From: Azolla caroliniana
Taxonomy: Eukaryota; Plantae; Polypodiophyta
NCBI GenBank assembly: GCA_043228905.1
Contig: JBHGNT010000006.1
Span: forward strand, 18,352,001 to 18,416,000
DNA length: 64,000 nucleotides
Reading direction: 5' to 3'
The notes beneath the pieces are model-generated. The model did no database searches and was not told the DNA's origin. It saw nothing but the letters and a program-made list of their open reading frames with translations. Positions 25,501 to 37,832 of the stretch are shown here, piece by piece; the stretch's first letter is position 1; every line of letters starts with the position of its first letter. A program made the position numbers and the translations under genes.

Positions 25501-27789
25501 ACCATTGATCCGTTCTAAAAGACTTGAGATAAGGGGAAGAGCATACCTATTCCTGATTGTAACCTTATTCAAGCCACGGTAATCTACAACGAGACGAAGC
25601 GATCCATCTTTTTTTTTTACGAAGAAAATGGGCGCGCCGGCTGGAGATTTCGAATGCCGAATGAAACCATTTTCCAAATTCTCCTCTATATAGGCCCGAA
25701 GGACTTCCAGCTCGGTTGGTGACAAATTGTAGATCGGTCCCCATGGCGGCTCTTTTCCCGGTTGTAAATCGATGGGGCAATCGTACGGTCGATGATGAGG
25801 AAGTGTGTTGGCTTGTACTTTATCGAAGACATCGGCGTAATGACAATACTTCTCGGGAAGTTGAACGGTGGATTCTTCTTTAGTGGTGCTGGAGGGGTTT
25901 ACTGATATTGCAAAGAGGAACATTTCCTCCTTGCGCCCTTCTTTATGCAACTGACGTAGCAAAATGGTTACCATCTTCTGAGTTGACCCTTGGGTTTGTC
26001 GACACCGGATTTCTCTTGTTCTCCAATCTATGTCTGGGTTATGTAACTCGAACCACAGTAATCCTAAAACTATAGGATGTTCTGGGATACTAATAATATT
26101 AAATGATACTACACATGCTAAGTTATCTAGGACAATATTAATGGGCTCTGACTCTTCTATGATATTTCTGGAAGTAATGGGACGTCCATCAATGACTACT
26201 ACAGAGGCTGGACACTGGAGTTTTCTTAGGGATATCTTATGAGCTTGAGCAAATTTCTTATCCATAAAGCAAGAGTTAGCTCCGGAATCTAGGAGTGCTA
26301 GGACATGTGCTGGAGGGGTACATAGTACTAACTATTACTTGGGCTACGAACACATCACTAACTTGCTTAGAGGGAATGGAACCACTAATGGGCTGCACAG
26401 ATCTAGGGTTGTCCAACCAAACGGCTCCTATTTTGGCTGGACTTAGTCATTTAACTCTTCTTCTAACTGACTAAGGACATCAAATTTGTTTGCTAGATCT
26501 GGGATATTAGTACTATTAGGACTATCAGATATCCCTACTGAAATAGGCTCGGATTTAGTACAATTAGAACTAGCGACTATTTGGTTTACCTGTCTTCTTG
26601 GCCTATGGGGGCAATTTATTGCGATATGTCCTAGTCCACCGTAGTAAAGACATAGTCGATTTGTAGTAAAGACATAGTCGATTTGTACGGCGTCGTTGCT
26701 TTTCTTCTTCGGATAATGGCCCTCGACGACATGTAGTGCCAATCGCCATCAGAGTCGGAGTATTCGCTGGAGGCACATTATATGACTCCTTCAAAAAAGG
26801 TCTTGCTACCACTGAGGCGTAGGTGGGCTCTGATCTTGCCCTCGGCATCTGTAGATGTCGTTCCGAACGTCGCTCAAAGAGGCGGTTGTCACATCTCACC
26901 GCGCGACTGATTGCTTCTGTTAAGGACTTTGGCTCTTCGGGGAAGGTCAATAGTAAATCCTTGACGTCATTGCGTAAACCATAACGGAATTGCTCCATCA
27001 ACGCTTGATCATCCCAAGGGATATCGGCGGCGAGTAGGCGAAAATCTGCAGCGTATGCGGAGGCTGGACGGTCACCTTGGCGTAATCGCCGGATTTTGTT
27101 GATTGCGGTCCTAATGCTGTCAGTATCTCCGAAACATGCTTTAAACTCACCTAGAAACTCTTCAAAATTGTTGAGTAACGGAGATTCCTTTTCTAATAGT
27201 GGAGCGAACCATGAAAACGCTAAGCCACTTAACAAAGTGCCTACTAAACCCACTCGTGATGCATCGGTGGGATATCGGGAAGGATGCATTTGAATAACTA
27301 ATCGTACCTGGTTAAGGAACCCTCTAAACTGCGATCGCGTTCCATCGAACTTCGTGGGAAGGCCAATCTTGGGTTCTTTATTAATCCCTTGTGTTCTGGG
27401 CCCTTGTTGTTGCATCGCTACGATGGTTGCTTCGAGTTGTTGCACGCATAACGCAAGTTCCCCATGTTGTTGTTGCGTTTGCTGCTTTTCTAAGGAGATT
27501 TGTTGAAGATCCCCCAGCAACCGTTGGTTTTCTTGTTCCAAAGCATGGAACTTCTCCTTCAAGCATTGAAATTCCGAGCAAACAAATTGATATTCTTCAG
27601 TGGTAACAGTGGCGATGGGATGAAAGAAAAGAGGAATAAAAGATTAGTAGGAAATGAGAGAGACAGAAGGTAGGGGAAATTGGTTCAAACTGTCATGAAC
27701 AATACTAAGACAGAGAAGGAATTAGTACTAAACGAAGGATTAGTACTATGAGAGGTGTGGAACTTCTTCGAGAGAAGGAAGAAGTGAGC

Positions 27790-27837
<48 letters not shown>

Positions 27838-28132
27838 TGATAAGAAAGATATGTATTATATGAAGAGAATATACAATGGTGGCTAAAAGGCTTAAGACTG
27901 GCGTTGAACCAATTTGGTTCAACATAATGCCTAGTGCCCTCTTTTATAGTGTTTTCAGGAGTAATCCTGAAGCTTCTAGAATGTTCCAGAGAAATCTGGA
28001 ATATACACTAATTTCCTATAATAAAATGTAAATGAAAATAATATTCTACATATTACAATAGATGATCTAATGGTGAAGAGCTCGACCCATATAACCTAAG
28101 GTCATGGGTTCGAGTCTTGCCATATCATGACA
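22459..28132 (-). mobile_element. G3: full-length chromovirus (Ty3/Gypsy, Tcn1-like)
   Basis: LTRs 22459-22868 and 27691-28132 with TGTCATGA...TCATGACA termini; TSD TAATG on both sides; G-run PPT next to 22869; gag 26603-27562, PR 'LLDSGANSCF' (~26290), RT 'KIDLRGAYNLVRI...YLDD', RH 'EADASDFALG', IN, chromodomain. Confidence 0.97.
22861..27562 (-). pseudogene. G3 gag and pol with C-terminal chromodomain (a few stops/frameshifts)
   Basis: ORFs 26603-27562, 25444-26265, 23635-25383, 22861-23481; chromodomain 'EYEVAAILASKIVRNKLYYLVDWLGYSPNERTREP'; a 22-bp duplication at 26641-26684 frameshifts the Gag knuckle. Confidence 0.93.
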
Positions 28133-30883
28133 TAATGGAGGGTCCTTGGTGGAAAGATATTCCTTGTTAACCTTGTTGGTTCATAAGGTTTGGAGAGAGA
28201 CAGATAGAGAGATAGCTTTATTGGACATTTGGTTAGAATAGGAGATTGATTATGATATTTGCAAATGATGTTTTTCACAAGTTGATTGACAAACATTAAG
28301 TGAATGGAAAAAAGGGTTATAAAGATTTGGGTTTTCGGAAACCCATTTCTTGGTGCATTCATGTGATCAAGGCATATTGATGTTCTCAATTGATGTTATG
28401 AGCTAAGGTATTCATGTAGAGAGTTACGGTTGAAGCTTTACCATTGGGGGATGCATTAAACAAAAGAAACATTGTTAGAGGAATATGTTTCTTTTGTTCA
28501 ATGGAATTGGAACATAGTAGGCATTGATTTCTTTCATGCCCATGGCAAGAATGGTTTGGGGGTTTATCAATTTAGTGTGGGAGGAAGACTATCTTCCTTT
28601 AGTTAGGTTTTTGCACATATGGAGAAGACTAAATTGATGCCTCATTTCAAATTCTTTTTGAGTTCTTGAGGTACTAGGGCTATGGTTCAATTGGAATATT
28701 TGAAATGCCTTCACTTTTGATTCACAAGTTGTATATGTTATAAAGTGAAACAGAATTCTTTTGCGGCAATTAACAGTGTTAGAGGAGTCACAAAATCTAA
28801 ACCATGAGGAGAGAGAACTCTGCAAGGTCACACAACGTCATATTCGAGATTTGAATTGGTCTATAGGGTGGGATTGAGTTTGTAGTCGTAGGAGCATTTA
28901 GATCCCTAGAAGGGTTCTATACTTTGTTGTAAGTTAGTCTATACTTTATTGCAAGTTAGTCATGGTGATGTGTTTTTCTCCTTTCATAACGAAAGTCATC
29001 ACTTGAGCTTAGTTGGTAAAGGTTGTCCAATGAAGTCTAGAAGCTCATATGTCCAACCCTACATTCCAAAGTGGCATCTAGTAAATTAAGAGAATATGTA
29101 TGGAGTAATAGAGAGGTGAGAAAATTCAGTCTCACACCCAAGAATACCCAAGAATGAAGATTAATAGTAGATAAAAATTCACGACTAGGGCAAGCTATTT
29201 ACAACACAAACACAAAAGAAGAAAGAGAAAAAGGAATGAAGTCAGTGGCAATGTAGATAAGTTATATGATATATTAGGAAGAGGAAAACAACAGCTAAAG
29301 CATATTCATGCAACACATCTGCAACACTACATGTGCCAAGCAAATATAGCCATTTAGCTGGTGTACTTGAGAAGGTTGTGTAACAATGTATGCACCCTGC
29401 CTAGACTCAGAGGTAAACAGGACATCGTTGAGATTGACGAGCACTTTGAACATGAGAAGAATGGTATATACACTATCCTACAACTCTGTTGACATGGAGA
29501 CCTGGAAATGTACTCATAGCTCAAGTACAACAACTTGATATTAGTGCTGGAAAGGTAGACATAATTCATCGCAACAAGTTCCATGAGAATTGTCATGAGA
29601 AATCACATAATGGGTGCATTCATTTTCCCTAAGTTCTGTTGTGGTGTTGAGGACTTGGGCAATCGTGGCTACAATCGATTGTGTGGTGTTGCCCTCGGAA
29701 GCCCAACAATCACAAACCAACACAAAAACAAAGAAAGAAAGGAGACAACAACAATGGGTTAGATGCCCAACACTAAGGAGAAGAGGCCAACATAATGGCG
29801 GCAATCAATCTTGAATGAGCCGAGGTCCTGCCACAAGCAATGCAATGTAGTGGCGGCATTCGCTCTCCTATTATTCTGCCACACATCCTAACAAGTCTCG
29901 CGCCAAGTATTGATGATGAACTGGTGTTCATACATTTGGCGATTGACCTACGACATATGTTAACGATAATGTCTGTGATAATGTCCATCATCTCCTAGTC
30001 CACATGAAAGCTTGTGCACATTCTAGGTATACTAAGGATTATAACAAACTCATGTCTCACTACAACCATGATAATAGATTGTGCCGCTATAATGACACAA
30101 TATAGCTCTATGCTATCCCCAACATGAAATCTTTGTCATGTGGCTCTATTATAACCTTTGATATGTTGCCTTAGTTTGGTGGTTGCTACATCTAATTAGT
30201 TCACTTGCAATCTCTAGAACAAAGTCTAATAATTGTGCACTTTTTCCTAAGGTGTTCTTCTTATAACCTTGGGCATTGGCTTCCTTCTTGGATTTTATAA
30301 CTCAACATTATATGGTGAAATGATGATTTGGGCTTTCCACATGTTTTGATAAATTTTGAATGAGGTTTTTAGGAGAGAAGAATTAGGAGGGATAATGTAG
30401 TATGCCTTGTATGCTTGGATCTAATGATTCATATCAAGAAAGAGAAATTCTACAACACAATCTTCATCTATTCCTCAAGTAATTCCCAAGAAAAAGTGGA
30501 TCCCCTCTTTTTCTGTCTTGAATTGTTATGGACATTTCAATTTCAATACTTTTCATAAGACATTGAAGAGTAAAGGGAGGGTGAATGATAGTTCTTCAAA
30601 CTTCCAAAAAGGCACAATGTGGTGATATGATTGATAGATGGGGCCATCACCATCCATCCATCTACTCTCTCTCTCTCTCTCTCCCACCAATGGAAAACCA
30701 AACATGATCAATTCTGCAGAATGAACTTTTCAATACTCATAAAAACAAATCCGAAAAGATAAATATCATTTTGGGAGATGTGTGTGAACTAAACAAAGAA
30801 AACCACCCCCCACCAAGAGAGGATGATGATGATAAAGATGTTACAGACATCATCATCATGGTCTACAATGATCCCTCTTAACT

Positions 30884-32024
30884 CTAGAGGAGAAGGGCAT
30901 AGTAAGATACGCCCAAAAGTGTAGTAGCCAAAAGCAGAGATGGCGTCAGAGTAGCACCCCATGATTGGCCCAACGAATTGTCCACAGGAGCTGTCTGCAA
31001 GGATGGAGTGGGCGGTGGTGCCGACGTACCCATTGAGGTGGTCGTGGCTATGGCACACAATAGCAAAACATTTTGAAAACGTTCAGAATTTATTCCATGG
31101 AAAATAATACATACATACACTAATTATTAACCTGTTTCCCCAAAGTGCCATGATTCATTCCAACATTGCTGCTCATTACGAGCTACGATTAATTAGTATT
31201 TGGCACATTCCCACATTATTAAGTAGGGGCTTCCATCATTGGAATTTGGTGGGAAATCCATTGTCTATATCCATACAAATACAATACAACGCAATGCAAA
31301 TGTATATATGGTTCCTATATTTATGTATACTTACAGTTTGTGGTAGATTTAGGCGGGAAGATCTTAGCTTCAGGAGATCCAGGTGGGAGGTTTAATAGAT
31401 CTACAAAACCATCCATCGAGTATAGATAAGCAGAAAGCTAGAAATAGGATGCCATTTGATTTGTGCAACATACAAAAGTTAGAAGAAGAAGAAGAAGAAG
31501 AAGAGGAGGAGGAGGAGGATTGGGGACTATTGAAATGGTGTTTCATTATATCAATTTCATTTGATGTAGTAGATTAAAAAGGAATCCACTAATGATGAGT
31601 TTGAAATTGAAACAATTTAACAAAAAAAAATGCATTTACCTGGGCATTTACTGGGGTCAGTGTTGATGTTGCACGCTGGTCCGAGGGTCATGGTTAAGGT
31701 CAAGTTAAGGTTGGGCAGGCGCGAGTTGTTCTGGGACGAGGCGAGGATGAGGTCGCAAAGGCATTGGGGCTTCTGGAGGTGGATGGGCAAGAGATTGGTA
31801 CAACATTCTTTGGAAGGTAGCTTCGCCTGGCCCTGGACGTACGCGAGACATGGCACGAGCGAAGGTATGAGGGCATCGCAGTTGCTCGTGTCCGTGGCCG
31901 GCCCAGCCGAAGAAGCCCCAATGACCCTCCTAGGCCCTAGGGTCATTAACACGATGGTCGCCACGACCATTAGGTTCCCAATGTGATGGCACGTCCTAAT
32001 TCCATTGGTAAGCTTACGATCCAT
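30884..32024 (-). CDS. LTPG: GPI-anchored non-specific lipid-transfer protein (type G), 3 exons: 32024-31640, 31400-31335, 31047-30884; 204 aa
   Basis: Hydrophobic signal 'LMVVATIVLMTLG', 8-Cys motif C-x9-C-x14-CC-x12-CLC-x26-C-x8-C, GT-AG introns both phase 1, exon 2 'DLLNLPPGSPEAKIF' typical of LTPGs, S/T/P-rich linker and hydrophobic tail 'PSLLLATTLLGVSYYALLL'. Spliced length 615 nt is in frame. Start ATG is uncertain. Confidence 0.92.
31481..31520. repeat. (GAA)n(GAG)n microsatellite in LTPG intron 1
   Basis: AGAAGAAGAAGAAGAAG...GAGGAGGAGGAG. Confidence 0.9.
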
Positions 32025-32476
32025 TACAACAAACAAGTGTGTAGGTACTAGGTAGCACTTCCCTTCTTCCCTTGGTGACACCACCACTACCCCACACTAG
32101 GGCCAATATCTAAACTAGGGTCAATATCAAAGCAAGCACCTAGAAGAAGACCTAGCAACTCCCTCTCAATCACCTCCTCCTCCTCTTGCTGCTATTATTT
32201 GCACTTAATCAGTTTCCAAAACCCATGCATGTATATATGTTTTGTTTGTATGTAGTGCACACCTCTTTGTTGTCTTTGGTTTTTTTTATCCATTTCCATT
32301 GTTTCTTTATTGCTTCCTTCCCTCCAATCAGCCATTAATTATGAGGGGTAGTAGCTCAACAAAGCCCTTCGGTGACCCCCACCCCCCCCCCCCCCCCTTC
32401 AATTAATTCCCTTCTTTTTCTCACCAACAACTACTCTTAAGAGTCTTTAGTTGTGCTAGCTACAAATAAGAGGTAC

Positions 32477-32507
<31 letters not shown>

Positions 32508-34975
32508 ATAAGTGCCTACCAATATGGTTGTGGTTGGATGGATGGTCATACTCAAGTTCCGGCAAAAATTTCAATGTGTCCATATGGATTGTCAACGTGA
32601 TGAATGTGTGTGCATGATTACCCCTTGGTCTTGTTAGTCATACTTCAATAGAAAAAAGACTTAATGTATTCATATGAGAAGTTGATGCGTTCGACAAAAT
32701 TGAATGTATTTCGATGGTCAATTTGGTAACGTTATTCAGAGTCATGGAGGTTGTCAACGTAATTTAAGAATACTTAGATAATGTATGGTCTCTCATACAT
32801 AACCAGTCATCCATCATATTGAATATAGTCAATTCTTATTACCAAATCTGCCATTTCTGTTTACATTTTAACAAATCGCAAAACTAAGATTGTTTAGTGG
32901 AACTAGTCTTATGGGGATTTCACATTGAATTCCTAATTTAATCTTTCCATCAACCTATTTGACCCATCTTTATCCCTCACCCTTGAGCACTCTCGATATG
33001 ACGCGCCATGCTAGTGATGTGCTTCAAAGTTCACATGTTTCTCATGGCTCTCATGTCATGATAGGGTGTCTTCGAATATATTGTGAGATTTCATTTCTAC
33101 TCTCAAATTCTTACAACTAGATCCATCACAAAGCGTAAAGTGTTAGAGAAACAATATTGATTTAGGTGGACACAATCATTTTCCAAACAATCACATTAAA
33201 ATATACAAATATTCGTCCTTAAAATATATTTGTAAACATTAACGGGCCCATGAAAAGTATATGAAGGAAATAATAATGGAATATTGTACTAGAAAGGAAG
33301 GTAAACTTTCATAAGTATGCCCCCTTGTATATGGGCAATATCGTAAATACTTCCCCCTTAATATCGAATCTACTTTGAGTGAAAGTTACCATGTGATATT
33401 CTTCTTAAAAAAGAGAGAGAAATAGAAGAACCCATATACAAGGTGAAGAGGGGTATTTGTGAAAAATCCTACGAAAGGAAAAAAATGAGATCATAAACAA
33501 TTGAAATTACTACACGAACAAACAAGAAAATTTGGGACTTCTTATTTTTGGTAATAAAGACCTTAGAAACTCCTTTTTGCACCAACCCAAAACTACTTCA
33601 TTGGTTTGTGGCACTACACTTTTAGGATGCCTAAAGCTATAATAGTTATTGGACGACCTTGATACATGGTCATTAATGTGGAGTGTTCACTGCATTCATA
33701 AATGCCTCCTACTTGGCGACTAGAGTGATTGTTTTTTTCTTCATTACTGTCAATTGTGTGCTTCATTACTGTCAATTGTGTGAGCATTTATAGACTTCCT
33801 ATATTTCGCTATATACATTGTTAACATTCATACACCATTAGTTGTGCATTGCTCTGATACTCACGAATTTGATGTTAGGAAATCTAGGATTTTTGTCTAT
33901 GTACCATATTTGAGATAAAATGTCCCCCAGTTCAATATCGTATGTGACTCAACCAAGCTATATTCCATTGTAAACCTCCATGGCTTATCATATGCAAGAA
34001 GACTCCTTCACAACAAACCTTTTTCTCATTCAAATTTTCTTCATTGGCAGACCATGATTAATGTGGAGAAGAGTGTTGGTCACATGAATAGTACTTGCAC
34101 TAGACAAAATATGATAACATGATTAAGATTAACTAAATGGGGACTACCTAGTGCAAGAGCAATAATAGTATAGGCTCAAGATACATATGATGCCAATAAA
34201 GTCTAACCATGTGAAATGAAAGAGACTTTTATAGGCTCATTATGATGTCACATGCACATTGAATGGTGTAAGTTGTAACGAATTGTGAACTTAGGGTGTA
34301 GTCTAAGATATTTGGATTTAGTAGGGTAGATATATGTTGATTTTCTTAGTAACAACATGAAATGGCTATTCTGGCTTTTTTATTGTCCCTCGATGTGTTT
34401 TCTTTTGGTTCCTTCTAGGTTATGTGAATTGCCTTTCACCTTATATTAGGGATTACATCAATGTTTGCTTCTTTGGTAGGCATCCTTATTTCGAATCTTA
34501 GTTCTTTTTGTTCAATTGAAACTTCATTGTGGATGATGAATGTAGAGAGTTTCCATTTGAATGATAATTTGCACAAAATAACATAGTATAGTGTGAAGCA
34601 TGTGCTAATGGAAAATGAATAACAAGTTCAGAGTAAAAAATGGATTTGTGGATAACAATGAAAGTAATAAGTTGTGTGGCACACAAATGATGGTCAGCAA
34701 AAGAGATCTTTGTAAGGTTTTTCAAAAGTTTAAACACAAATAAGACAACATTGTAAAACCAAGGTAAAAGATGATAAAGGATATTGTAACAACCTCCCTT
34801 GATGATGGTAGTGACTACATGTTGATGGAAGATGAAGATTGGTGTTAAGAGCAACAACAAAAAACAACACTAAATTAGAAAAAGAGTTTTATTATCCATA
34901 AGAAGAAAGAGGGCCACAGGATTATGTTAAAGACTTGTGCAAATTTGGAATGTTAATAAGTCTATGCATTGTTAA

Positions 34976-35366
34976 CAATCAGCAACGGTTCGGTTTGAGA
35001 GTGTCAAAACCAAACCGGTTTGAAACTGAACCGTTATTATTATTTTTTAACTTGACATAAACCACGAAACCGTTAAAACTTTTTCAAACCGTTAAAACTG
35101 TAGTTTCATGGTTCGGTTTCGATTTTCAACTTAGGTCAAAATTCAAAATTCAAAATTTTCAAAAATTTAAAGATTTTCCTAAAATGTGAGAATAAGGTTT
35201 GAAAATGAAAAGATTGTTTAAAAACAATTTTAAATTTTTTTAAAGAATTAAAAAAAATAAAAAACCGTTTAAATTACAGTTTCTAATTTTTGAAATGAAC
35301 CGATTTGAACCATTTAAACCGTTAGGCCGTGGTTTGGTTTGGTTCAAACCGAACTGTTGCCGACTG
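34976..35366. mobile_element. MITE / non-autonomous DNA transposon with AACCG-rich subterminal repeats
   Basis: Imperfect ~23-bp TIRs CAATCAGCAACGGTTCGGTTTGA / TCAAACCGAACTGTTGCCGACTG; many AAACCG/CGGTT motifs; TSD not clean. Confidence 0.75.
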
Positions 35367-35479
35367 TTATGCATGGTCATCACTTAACAAATAATGCTTC
35401 CAATTAGCAAATAATGCATGCTTCCACTTTTTTAGAGAGCATATTTGTTATTTTTTTATCACCATTGCAATTTTATGAC

Positions 35480-35654
35480 CATAGATTCACACATGCGTGA
35501 CATTCGCCATATTCTCCATGCGTGCTATTCGCAATATTCGGGAATACGAAATGGCCCAAGAATATTATTAAACCGAATACTTGACCATGCATCGTATGCG
35601 TATTCGTTTGCATTCGAATGGGAAACCCCACGAATGCGAATATGTCAATCTATG
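35480..35654. mobile_element. 175-bp hAT MITE
   Basis: TIR CATAGATT...AATCTATG; 8-bp flanks TTTATGAC / TTTAGGAC (7/8); ATTCG/CGAAT subterminal repeats. Confidence 0.8.
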
Positions 35655-36134
35655 TTTAGGACAAATCCATAGGTGTTAATGCATAAATTGGAAATGGGTT
35701 CCTCAAATTGATATCAATCACCATTGAGAGAGTTTGCTACACAAGTTCCCAATTTGATCATTGGGTGTAGAACTTTATCAATCCAAGAGGTAGTATAAGT
35801 TTTGTTACACATGATTTTTTAGTCTAAAATCATGTAAACCTCATACTTATTACTATATATGGTCCATTAACACCTTCAAGTAGGAGCAGATTTGAGCTCG
35901 ACGCACAAGGTCACAAAAGTGACAAGTGGAATGCATGTCGACAACATGCATGCACTACTACAAAATACGGTTTCAATGTCATTCAAATACGATGCTAATT
36001 TCAAAGTTAGGCTCGACAAATGTGTGTCTTGCGAAGTGTAGAGCAAAAACATGCATTGTTTAGTGTCTCAAAGTATTAAAAATAAGAGAAGTTAGTTTTG
36101 AATCCCCTTATATGTATGTATGTATAGATGCATG

Positions 36135-37058
36135 CATAGATTGACATATTCGCATTCGTGGGGGTTACCAAATGAATGCATACGAATATGCATAAGAATG
36201 CATGAAAAAATATTCATAAAAAAACAAAAAGAGTTCATACTTTTTAGTTTTTTAATACATCATATAACAAAGAGAATTTCACATTAAATAGGGGATATTT
36301 AACTTTACATTAAAAAGGAGACTTACACTAAATAATATTTTTATAATATAGATGAAAAACTTAAAAGCTATTTTATTTTTAATAAATAATAATAAATAAA
36401 AGGTTCATTAGTTCCCCACCTTTTACTCTCCCACAAAGATTGATATTTTTATGTATTATTAAAAGGGGACCTCACACTAATAATATTTTTAGAATAGATA
36501 TAAAACTTAAATTTTTTGTTTTACTTTTTAATAAAACAAAAAATAAATAAAAATATGTAAATAAATAAAAGGTACCCATAAATTTCATATTTTTATCTCA
36601 CATTAAAAAGGGGACCTCACACTAATAATTATTTTAGAATAGATATAAAACTTAAATGTATTTGTTTTATTTCTTAATAAAGCAATAAATAAATAAAAAG
36701 ATGTAAATAAGTAGAATAAATAAAATGTTCCCATAAAATTTCGTATTTTTATCTCACATTAAAAAAGGGACCTCACACTAATAATATTATTATAATAAAT
36801 GAAAAACTTAAAAGCATTTGTTTTATTTTTAATAAATAAATAAATAAAAGGTTCATTAATTCCCTACTTTTTATTCTCTTGACATTAAATAGGGGAGGTC
36901 ACACTAATAATATTTTTATATAATCGTTGTAAAATATTTATTTTAAAAAAAAAAAAAAAATGGTTTTGTAATATTTCTTGGGGTCATTTCGTATTCTCAA
37001 ATATTACAAATATTACGGATGTCGAATACTACGAATATCACGCATGGATCAATCTATG
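36135..37058. mobile_element. 924-bp hAT non-autonomous element, same family as 35480-35654 in opposite orientation
   Basis: TIR CATAGATTGA...TCAATCTATG; perfect 8-bp TSD GATGCATG; internal AT-rich tandem units (AAAAGGGGACCTCACACTAATAATATT). Confidence 0.9.
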
Positions 37059-37069
37059 GATGCATGTAT

Positions 37070-37643
37070 TGTTAAGTATCTTAGGTAAATAGTGCTTGTT
37101 GGCCGAGCAGGACAACCAAGGTGTGAAAGGGTCGAAAGATCGACACAAGTGATAGTTATTATGAATAGAAGCTGGACAAGTGTGGAGCCGGACAAAAGCT
37201 GAAGTAAAATAAGGTATGTGAATAGTTAGATAGAGAGTTAGTAACGATTTTTACTTTCTTAATGTAACTGTTCATGCTTACTATAAAAAGGGAGTATCCA
37301 GTCTTGTAAAAGGGATTGATCTGTAAGAGTTTGTCATCTTAATACAATCTTTATTTGAGTATTTTGGTGTCTATGCTCTTCTGATTACTGTGTACCATGT
37401 AAACTAATCGATTGTAGCCGCCTTGGATCAAGTTCAGAGGGCATTTTAAGCAACCGATCCGGTATCATCTGTGTTCATCTGTGTGATAATTTACCTTTAC
37501 CTCAATCTCTGTTAAGTGCGTCTTTCTATAAGTGTGACCGTTTAGTGTTTTACCCATCCATTCGACCACAAAACCTTGATCAAGGTACTTACTGATTAAG
37601 CATCCAACCCCTGTTTCTATTAAAACTTCAAACACAATTAACA
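37070..37643 (+). mobile_element. Probable solo/orphan LTR
   Basis: TGTTAA...TTAACA inverted termini, CTATAAAAAGGG, LTR-like composition; no matching TSD because the right side abuts the C4 LTR. Confidence 0.45.
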
Positions 37644-37832
37644 CTTGCTGAAACCACAAGACGAAAATGAGAGTACACCAAAAATTTTAACGTGGAAAAC
37701 CCAAAATAGGGAAAAACCACGGGAACCGTAGGTTCCAAACAACTTCACTATAATTTTGAGTACAATGGAATACGACCTCACTAGAGGACTGTATCTACCT
37801 CAAGGGAATGGCCTTGGCTACAACCTTCATCC

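Noticed and set aside
29280-30150. Possible very old Copia gag/protease remnant on the minus strand
   Set aside because: Only faint resemblance ('VHTLLHNLL'); no LTR, PBS or catalytic motif to support a call.
34498-34860. 120-aa ORF upstream of LTPG
   Set aside because: Non-ATG start, AT-rich, no motif; more likely decayed repeat or chance.
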